Both the position numbers and the translations under genes were made by a program. From Azolla caroliniana (Eukaryota > Plantae > Polypodiophyta), in contig JBHGNT010000018.1 in NCBI GenBank assembly GCA_043228905.1, positions 15,376,001 through 15,440,000 on the forward strand: a DNA stretch of 64,000 nucleotides. Direction: 5' to 3'. The notes under the pieces were generated by a model, which saw nothing but the letters and a program-made list of their open reading frames with translations, searched no databases and was not told where the DNA came from. Positions within the stretch are counted from its first letter, which is position 1. Each line of letters begins with the position of its first letter. This document shows, piece after piece, positions 55,131 through 64,000 of the stretch.

Positions 55131-56048
55131 TAGTGAGGTTAACAAAACTTTGAGTCCTTTAGCAAACGCGGAATATTTAAAAGATTAGTAGAACAAAATT
55201 GTTAATGGTAGCGAAAACTTTAATATTCAAAACGAGTAATGTAACCAAAAGCCACACTATCTAAGAATTGAATAACCTTATTTATGCTTTTTCCAAATAT
55301 ATTGAAACAAGACCGTCAATGTGTAAGCCAATCGTATAGTGTCCGATAATTGCCAGGACCAAGATAGACTCCCATGGCCCCGCCCGGGCTTGAACCGGAG
55401 ACCTTCAGTGTGTAAGACTGATGTGATGACCATCTACACCACCAGACCATGTGGGTATATGTTTTCCTGATCATCTTCATTTGACCATTAGTGGTCATGC
55501 TTAAGTTGAATCAAAACCTTTTGCGCGCTAAACAATCAAATATATATAACAATTAACACGATAGCAATTTACAAGATGAGGCCTTCGTTGCGAAGAATAC
55601 ATGAACCCTATCTAATCTCTCTCACCAATTATGAACTAAACAAAACGTTGTCCGGGAAAGGACCGTCAGAAATATTATTGACAAGGTCACATAAACAAAT
55701 CGAAAATTAACTTTTTCCCTCACCAGTCCATGGCCTCACTCGGGGTCGAACCGGAGACCTTGAGTATGTTAAACTGATGTGATATCCATCTACACCATGA
55801 GACCTAGTGAGGTTAACAAAACTTTGAGTCCTTTAGCAAACGCGGAATATTTAAAATTTGAGTAGAAGAAATTTGTTCAGGGTAGCGAAAACTTGAATAT
55901 TCATAACGAGTAATGTAATCAAAAGCCACACTATCTAAGAATTGAATAACCCTATTTATGCTTTTCCCTAATATATTGAAACAAGACCGTCAATGTGTAA
56001 GCCAATCCTATAGTGACCGATGATTGCCAGGACCAAGATAGACTTCCA

Positions 56049-56122
56049 TGGCCCCGCCCGGGCTTGAACCGGAGACCTTCAGTGTGTAAGACTGATGTGA
56101 TGACCATCTACACCACGAGACC
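56049..56122 (-). tRNA. trnV-TAC: tRNA-Val(TAC)
   Basis: Intact consensus array copy. Confidence 0.88.
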
Positions 56123-56404
56123 ATGTGGGTATATGTTTTCCTGATCATCGTCGTTTGACCATTACTAGTCATGCTTAAGTTGAATCCAAACCTTTTGCGC
56201 GCTAAACAATCAAATATATATAACAATTAACACGATAGCAATTTACAAGATGAGGCCTTGGTTGTCAAGAATACATGAACCCTATCTAATATCTCTCACC
56301 AATTATGAACTAAACGAAGAAGTGTGCAGGAAAGGACAGTCAGAAATATTATTGACAAGGTCACATAAACAAATCAAAAATGAAATTTTTCCCTCACCAT
56401 TCCA

Positions 56405-56478
56405 TGGCCTCACCCGGGGTCGAACCGGAGACCTTCAGTGTGTTAGACTGATGTGATAACCATCTACACCATGAGACC
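56405..56478 (-). tRNA. trnV-AAC: tRNA-Val(AAC)
   Basis: Intact copy. LTR element E is inserted ~39 bp upstream of it. Confidence 0.9.
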
Positions 56479-57118
56479 TAGTGAGGTTAACAAAACTTTG
56501 AGTCCTTTAGCAAACGCTGTCGTGCCTTTCGGCTCCGGATCGTTTGCGTGAGTCGGGTGGGAACCACCGGGGTTTTGGACTAGGAGAAAGAAGAATATGA
56601 GATGAGGCTAGTAATGAATAGATTATTAGAAAGAGATATAGAAATTTCGTGAATCCCACAAGTGTATTTTATTCGATTAATCAATATTTAGATAAGAATA
56701 TGTATTTAGATTGAAAGAGATAGATTATCTTAAACTTCGTGAATCCCACGAGTATATTTTATTGATTGTTGGTGTTTTAGGAAATATATCCAATTTCCCA
56801 AATATTTTTCACACGCCTATTACATTGTGCTCCCCATCCTTATGTAGTGATGGGAGAGACTAAGCATAGCTACATGCTTTTTTTTTTCTAATATGTTCAT
56901 GCACACTAAATGTGCATGTGATGCTTTTCTAATCCTTGCTTTTATTTGCTAAATATAGTGCTCATGCACGCTAGATGTGCATGAGTCACTTTTTAGTCGC
57001 TTGCGTTTTTCTATAAAATATTCACGCACTCTAAAAATGCACGATTTACCTTTTTAATAAAGGTAGGCGCAAATAAAGCAGTTATAGTTATTAAATCTAT
57101 TTATAGAACACTAAAGAT

Positions 57119-57181
57119 AAGGTAGCATAATGGTAAAGTTGAGGTTTGGCTACGTGGAGGTACAAGGTTCAAATCTTGCCC
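57119..57181 (+). promoter_or_regulatory. tRNA-like Pol III A-box/B-box module in the LTR of element E (second copy ~59510-59572)
   Basis: TAGCATAATGG at 57123 and GGTTCAAATC at 57166. The T8-to-G53 distance is 44 nt, as in tRNA genes. Confidence 0.55.
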
Positions 57182-57217
57182 TATGCACGTGATAAATATT
57201 TTGATATATTATTTTAT

Positions 57218-58870
57218 TTATTTATATGTAATTAAATCGGTTATATTATTTTTTACTTTTTCACGTAGTGTACGAAATACACTACGACACTCGCCCCCTC
57301 CGAACCCGCACATCCTCCGGTATGTGCCGAAGTTGCCGATGCTCGTTGTCTCCCCTTCATCCTCCGTTTGTCCCGCTATGTCAACTTTGTCTCTCCATTT
57401 TGAGTAGACCCATTCTTTCCACCCGAACCATTGTCGCCATCCGATCCACCATATTCTTTGTTCATTCTTTGCATTGCCATGAGTGGTTGTCATGGTCCCT
57501 TGTGGTACTCTTGAGCATCTCGGTGTGTTGTCTCTCTCCACTCCGCGCTTGTCTTCCGTAGGTTCTACCCACGCGTCGATGTCGACCTCCGAATACGCGC
57601 TCGCTGTTAGGTCCTTGTGCGGCTTTAATGCATGCTTTATTTCTCGATGTTGCGCATGCGTCGTATTAGGCCGTAGCGCATGCTTCGTATTCCATCGTAG
57701 TGCATGCGCCGTATTACCCCGTAGTGCATGCTTATTTTTGCACCGTAGCGTGTGCTTCTTTTTGCGCCGTAGCGTGTGCTTCTCTTTACGCCGTAGCACG
57801 TGCTTCTTTTGGTGCCGTAGTGCGTGCTCCGTATTACATGGTTCTCCCATCGTAGACCCGACCTTCGCGTTGTCATGCTTTTGTTTACATCGGAATTTCA
57901 GACGGATCATCTTCCATCCGAACCGGCTTCCGACTTTACCTTCCTTGTTGCCACCTCCCGTCTCTCCGGTCTCACGTTGGTTCTCGGACACAACCGCCGA
58001 AGTCTCTAGAATTAGTGGGTAGGAATCCTCGGTATTATCATCTTCCGTTGTTTCACCCATAGCCATGTTCTCCTTGGCTATCTCTCCTTCGTATGCATCG
58101 GCTTCGACCTTCGTTTCGTTGCCGCCACTTTCCTTATCTTCGGTGTTATGTCGACACCCGGGCTCGAGTACCGAAGTCTCCGAAACAATGGTGAAGGAAT
58201 CCCTTCGTTCGTGCTCATTTACTTTGTCTTCCTCGTTGCCCTTCCGGTCCTCCACTTTTCCACCGACACATTCCGTCTCTCCGGTCTCACGTTGGTGCAC
58301 GGGCACAACCGCCGAAGTCTCTGGAACCGGTGTGGGGATACCCTTTCGTCCTCGATCTTCCTCCTCCTCGTCCTTTGTTGGCCTCGACTTTGGTTCGGTT
58401 TTAAGCTCCCCTTCAATGTCGACTTGCGACTTTTCATGCATCTCCGAACCCTTCCGCATCAAGCTCTCCTTCGGTGGTAGTCGGTGGCCGCTTTTCACCC
58501 ACTGTTGACCGTCGTTCGTGGACCATGTCCTCGTCCGCTTCGGTCTTAGATAGTCATATGTGTCTCGTATAGCTTCTTCAAAGGACTCCCACATCGGGCT
58601 TTGTTGTCGTATCTCGTGGATTCTCTCTTGAAGCTCATCCGTAGCCACCCGGTTGAAAGATAACACTTGCAATCTTTCTGAGATACCATATCGCAACATC
58701 TCCATTTTGTAGTCACGTAGATAGCGTGACACGTCCTTTCCATCGAATTGCCCGTTCTGTTGCACGAGCCGTTGTACTACTGTCGTGATCTCCGACATCT
58801 CGCGTTGTTCTTGTAGCATTCTCTCGAACATCATCATCATCATGTTCATCGCCTCTTGTTGATTCTCCAT
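57218..58870 (-). CDS. Gag-like ORF of element E; first internal ATG at 58870, frame open from 59050
   Basis: FDGKDVSRYLRDYKMEML...WESFEEAIRDTY aligns by eye with element A gag (FNRKDTTSYLGAYKAEML...WLEFEGRLLERY). It is followed by acidic repeats and basic 8-aa repeats. Confidence 0.75.
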   Translation of the reverse strand: MENQQEAMNMMMMMFERMLQEQREMSEITTVVQRLVQQNGQFDGKDVSRYLRDYKMEMLRYGISERLQVLSFNRVATDELQERIHEIRQQSPMWESFEEAIRDTYDYLRPKRTRTWSTNDGQQWVKSGHRLPPKESLMRKGSEMHEKSQVDIEGELKTEPKSRPTKDEEEEDRGRKGIPTPVPETSAVVPVHQRETGETECVGGKVEDRKGNEEDKVNEHERRDSFTIVSETSVLEPGCRHNTEDKESGGNETKVEADAYEGEIAKENMAMGETTEDDNTEDSYPLILETSAVVSENQRETGETGGGNKEGKVGSRFGWKMIRLKFRCKQKHDNAKVGSTMGEPCNTEHALRHQKKHVLRRKEKHTLRRKKKHTLRCKNKHALRGNTAHALRWNTKHALRPNTTHAQHREIKHALKPHKDLTASAYSEVDIDAWVEPTEDKRGVERDNTPRCSRVPQGTMTTTHGNAKNEQRIWWIGWRQWFGWKEWVYSKWRDKVDIAGQTEDEGETTSIGNFGTYRRMCGFGGGECRSVFRTLREKVKNNITDLITYK

Positions 58871-60562
58871 CTCCTTGCCACCCGCCTTCACGTCGGGTTC
58901 ACCAACTGTGTCGTGCCTTTCGGCTCCGGATCGTTTGCGTGAGTCGGGTGGGAACCACCGGGGTTTTGGACTAGGAGAAAGAAGAATATGAGATGAGGCT
59001 AGTAATGAATAGATTATTAGAAAGAGAGATAGAAATTTCGTGAATCCCACAAGTGTATTTTATTCGATTAATCAATATTTAGATAAGAATATGTATTTAG
59101 ATTGAAAGAGATAGATTATCTTAAACTTCGTGAATCCCACGAGTATATTTTATTGATTGTTGGTGTTTTAGGAAATATATCCAATTTCCCAAATATTTTT
59201 CACACGCCTATTACATTGTGCTCCCCATCCTTATGTAGTGATGGGAGAGACTAAGCATAGCTACATGCTTTTTTTTTTCTAATATGTTCATGCACACTAA
59301 ATGTGCATGTGATGCTTTTCTAATCCTTGCTTTTATTTGCTAAATATAGTGCTCATGCACGCTAGATGTGCATGAGTCACTTTTTAGTCGCTTGCGTTTT
59401 TCTATAAAATATTCACGCACTCTAAAAATGCACGATTTACCTTTTTAATAAAGGTAGGCACAAATAAAGCAGTTATAGTTATTAAATCTATTTATAGAAC
59501 ACTAAAGATAAGGTAGCATAATGGTAAAGTTGAGGTTTGGCTACGTGGAGGTATAGGGTTCAAATCTTGCCCTATGCACGTGATAAATATCTTGATATAT
59601 TATTTTATTTATTTATATGTAATTAAATCGGTTATATTATTTTTTACTTTTTCACGTAGTGTACGAAATACACTACGACAACGCGGAATATTTAAAAGAT
59701 TAGTAGAACAAAATTGTTAATGGTAGCGAAAACTTTAATATTCAAAACGAGTAATGTAACCAAAAGCCACACTATCTAAGAATGGAATAACCTTATTTAT
59801 GCTTTTCCAAATATATTGAAACAAGACCGTCAATGTGTAAGCTAATCGTATAGTGTCCGATAATTGCTAGGACCAAGATAGACTCCCATGGCCCCGCCCG
59901 GGCTTGAACCGGAGACCTTCAGTGTGTAAGACTCATGTGATGACCATCTACACCACGAGACCATGTGGGTATATGTTTTCCTGATCATCTTCATTTGACC
60001 ATTAGTGGTCATGCTTAAGTTGAATCAAAACCTTTTGCGCGCTAAACAATCAAATATATATAACAATTAACACGATAGCAATTTACAAGATGAGGCCTTC
60101 GTTGCGAAGAATACATGAACCCTATCTAATCTCTCTCACCAATTATGAACTAAACAAAACGTTGTCCGGGAAAGGACCGTGAGAAATATTATTGACAAGG
60201 TCACATAAACAAATCGAAAATTAACTTTTTCCCTCACCAGTCCATGGCCTCACTCGGGGTCGAACCGGAGACCTTCAGTCTGTTAGACTGATGTGATAAC
60301 CATCTACACCATGAGACCTAGTGAGGTTAACAAAACTTTGAGTCCTTTAGCAAACGCGGAATATTTAAAATTTGAGTAGAAGAAATTCGTTCAGGGTAGC
60401 GAAAACTTGAATATTCATAACGAGTAATGTAATCAAAAGCCACACTATTTAAGAATTGAATAACCCTATTTATGCTTTTCCCTAATATATTGAAACAAGA
60501 CCGTCAATGTGTAAGCCAATCCTATAGTGACCGATGATTGCCAGGACCAAGATAGACTTCCA

Positions 60563-60636
60563 TGGCCCCGCCCGGGCTTGAACCGGAGACCTTCAGTGTG
60601 TAAGACTGATGTGATGACCATCTACACCACGAGACC
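60563..60636 (-). tRNA. trnV-TAC: tRNA-Val(TAC)
   Basis: Intact consensus array copy. Confidence 0.88.
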
Positions 60637-60918
60637 ATGTGGGTATATGTTTTCCTGATCATCTTCGGTTGACCATTACTAGTCATGCTTAAGTTGAATC
60701 AAAACCTTTTGCGCGCTAAACAATCAAATATATATAACAATTAACACGATAGCAATTTACAAGATGAGGCCTTGGTTGTCAAGAATACATGAACCCTATC
60801 TAATCTCTCTCACCAATTATGAACTAAACGAAGAAGTGTGCAGGGAAGGACAGTCAGAAATATTATTGACAAGGTCACATAAACAAATCAAAAATTAAAA
60901 TTTTCCCTCACCATTCCA

Positions 60919-60992
60919 TGGCCTCACCCGGGGTCGAACCGGAGACCTTCAGTGTGTTAGACTGATGTGATAACCATCTACACCATGAGACC
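60919..60992 (-). tRNA. trnV-AAC: tRNA-Val(AAC)
   Basis: Intact consensus array copy. Confidence 0.9.
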
Positions 60993-63900
60993 TAGTGAGG
61001 TTAACAATCCTTTCAGTCCTTTAGCAAACGCGGAATATTTAAAAGATGAGTAGAACAAAATTGTTAATGGTAGCGAAAACTTTAATATTCAAAAGAGTAA
61101 TGTAACCAAAAGCCACACTATCTTAGAATTGAATAACCTTATTTATGCTTTTTCCAAATATATTGAAACAAGACCGTCAATGTGTAAGCCAATCCTATAG
61201 TGACCGATAATTGCCAAGACCAAGATAGACTCCCATGGCCCCGCCCTGGCTTGAACCGAAGACCTTCAGTGTGTAAGACTGATGTGATGACCATCTACAC
61301 CACGAGACTATGTGGGTATATGTTTTCCTGATCATCTTCGTTTGACCATTAGTGTTCATGCTTAAGTTGAATCAAAACCTTTTACACGCTAAACAATCAA
61401 ATATATATAACAATTAACACGATAGCAATTTACAAGATGAGGCCTTGGTTGTCAAGAATACATGAACCCTATCTAATCTCTCTCACCAATTATGAACTAA
61501 ACGAAGAAGTGTGCAGGAAAGGACAGTCAGAAATATTATTGACAAGGTCACATAAACAAATCAAAAATTAAATTTTTCCCTCACCATTCCATGGCCTCAC
61601 CCGGGGTCGAACCGGAGACCTTCAGTGTGTTAGACTGATGTGATAACCATCTACATCATGAGACCTAGTGAGGTTAACAAAACTTTGAGTCCTTTAGCAA
61701 ACGCGGAATATTTAAAAGATTAGTAGAACAAAATTGTTAATGGTAGCGAAAACTTTAATATTCAAAACGAGTAATGTAACCAAAAGCCACACTATCTTAG
61801 AATTGAATAACCTTATTTATGCTTTTTCCAAATATATTGAAACAAGACCGTCAATGTGTAAGCCAATCCTATAGTGACCGATAATTGCCAGGACCAAGAT
61901 AGACTCCCATGGCCCCGCCCTGGCTTGAACCGGAGACCTTCAGTGTGTAAGACTGATGTGATGACCATCTACACCATGAGACCATGTGGGTATATGTTTT
62001 GTTGATCATCTTCGTTTGACCATTAGTGGTCATGCTTAAGTTGAATCAAAACCTTTTGCGCGCTAAACAATCAAATATATATAACAATTAACACGATAGC
62101 AATTTACAAGATGAGGCCTTCGTTGCCAAGAATACATGAACCCTATCTAATCTCTCTCACCAATTATGAACTAAACGAAGAAGTGTCCCGGAAAGGACCG
62201 TCAGAAATATTATTGACAAGGTCATATAAACAAATTAAAAATTAACTTTCTCCCGGGGTCGAACCGGAGACCTTCAGTGTGTTAGACTGATGTGATAACC
62301 ATCTACACCATGAGACCTAGTGAGGTTAACAAAACTTTGAGTCCTTTAGCAAACGCGGAATATTTAAAAGATTAGTAGAACAAAATTGTTAATGGTAGCG
62401 AAAACTTTAATATTTAAAAGAGTAATGTAACCAAAAGCCACACTATCTTAGAATTGAATAACCTTATTTATGCTTTTTCCAAATATATTGAAACAAGACC
62501 GTCAATGTGTAAGCCAATCCTATAGTGACCGATAATTGCCAAGACCAAGATAGACTCCCATGGCCCCGCCCTGGCTTGAACCGGAGACCTTCAGTGTGTA
62601 AGACTCATGTGATGACCATCTACACCACGAGACCATGTGGGTATATGTTTTCCTGATCATCTTCGTTTGACCATTAGTGTTCATGGTTAAGTTGAATCAA
62701 AACCTTTTACACGCTGAACAATCAAATATATATAACAATTAACACGATAGCAATTTACAAGATGAGGCCTTGGTTGTCAAGAATACATGAACCCTATCTA
62801 ATCTCTCTCACCAATTATGAACTAAACGAAGAAGTGTGCAGGAAAGGACAGTCAGAAATATTATTGACAAGGTCACATAAACAAATCAAAAATTAAATTT
62901 TTCCCTCACCATTCCATGGCCTCACCCGGGGTCGAACCGGAGACCTTCAGTGTGTTAGACTGATGTGATAACCATCTACATCATGAGACCTAGTGAGGTT
63001 AACAAAACTTTGAGTCCTTTAGCAAACGCGGAATATTTAAAAGATTAGTAGAACAAAATTGTTAATGGTAGCGAAAACTTTAATATTCAAAACGAGTAAT
63101 GTAACGAAAAGCCACACTATCTTAGAATTGAATAACCTTATTTATGCTTTTTCCAAATATATTGAAACAAGACCGTCAATGTGTAAGCCAATCCTATAGT
63201 GACCGATAATTGCCAGGACCAAGATAGACTCCCATGGCCCCGCCCTGGCTTGAACCGGAGACCTTCAGTGTGTAAGACTGATGTGATGACCATCTACACC
63301 ATGAGACCATGTGGGTATATGTTTTGCTGATCATCTTCGTTTGACCATTAGTGGTCATGCTTAAGTTGAATCAAAACCTTTTGCGCGCTAAACAATCAAA
63401 TATATATAACAATTAACACGATAGCAATTTACAAGATGAGGCCTTCGTTGCCAAGAATACATGAACCCTATCTAATCTCTCTCACCAATTATGAACTAAA
63501 CGAAGAAGTGTCCCGGAAAGGACCGTCAGAAATATTATTGACAAGGTCATATAAACAAATTAAAAATCAACTTTCTCCCGGGGTCGAACCGGAGACCTTC
63601 AGTGTGTTAGACTGATGTGATAACCATCTACACCATGAGACCTAGTGAGGTTAACAAAACTTTGAGTCCTTTAGCAAATGCGGAATATATAAAATATGAG
63701 TAGAAGAGAATTGTTCATGGTAGCAAAAACTTAAATATTCAAAACGAGTAATGTAATCAAAAGCAACACTATCAAAGAATTGAATAACCCTATTTATGCT
63801 TTTTCCAAATGTATTGAAACAAGACCACTTAAATATGCATAACTACTCATGTAATCAAAAGCTACACTATCTAAGAATTGAATAACCCTATTTATGTTTT

Positions 63901-64000
63901 TTCCAAATGTATTGAAACAAGACTGTCAATGTGGAAGCCAATTCTAGTGCGACCGTTAATTGCATGGACCAAGATAGATTTCTATGGTCTGGGCTTGAAC

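Larger units (their letters stand above)
56518..59680 (-). mobile_element. Young non-autonomous gag-only LTR retrotransposon (TR-GAG-like, element E), tRNA-Trp primed
   Basis: 772-bp LTRs at 56518-57289 and 58909-59680 with ~5 visible differences. 4-bp TSD ACGC. Perfect 18-nt tRNA-Trp PBS at 58887-58904, PPT at 57290-57300. No pol motifs. Confidence 0.95.
39730..64000 (-). repeat. Tandem tRNA-Val gene array: ~674-bp unit with Val(AAC) + Val(TAC), about 60 gene copies including decayed ones; continues past the window end
   Basis: Val(TAC)-type copies start at 47250, 47924, 48598, 49272 and 49946, an exact 674-bp period. By eye there are ~29 AAC-type and ~32 TAC-type copies, all on the minus strand. 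Confidence 0.97.

Noticed and set aside
40952-56456. Recurrent short ORFs in the array (MVITSVLHTEG..., MTTNGQ..., MLKLNQ...)
   Set aside because: They are chance translations of tRNA and spacer sequence, broken in most units.
58871-59050. Signal-peptide-like N-terminus (MGFTKFLSLFLII...) suggesting an env-like protein
   Set aside because: It starts at GTG within AT-rich LTR sequence. The first ATG follows the PBS, and no transmembrane anchor is visible.
39730-64000. CRISPR-like repeat-spacer appearance
   Set aside because: The repeats are 74-nt tRNA genes, the spacers are themselves repeated rather than unique, the context is eukaryotic, and there are no cas genes.

Overview
Eukaryotic nuclear DNA from a land plant, with GT-AG introns, AG microsatellites and plant-type tRNAs and retroelements. 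A non-seed plant such as a fern or lycophyte is likely, but that is inference. 1-16.5 kb holds three minus-strand host genes (NBP35, an intronless F-box gene, a NOSIP/CSU1-type gene) among hAT elements/MITEs and tRNA-derived SINE-like remnants. 16.5-31.6 kb is a nested retrotransposon stack: a tRNA-Trp-primed Gypsy carrying an extra LTR of another family, plus two tRNA-iMet-primed Copia insertions. 31.6-39.7 kb has a hAT MITE, LINE remnants and an unknown RING-H2-containing locus. From ~39.7 kb to the window end lies a tandem array of about 60 tRNA-Val genes: a ~674-bp unit with one Val(AAC) and one near-identical Val(TAC), with higher-order repeats. The array is interrupted by a solo Copia LTR and by a young 3.2-kb gag-only LTR element whose LTRs carry a tRNA-like Pol III A/B-box module. 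Coordinates and counts were read by eye; no searches were run.
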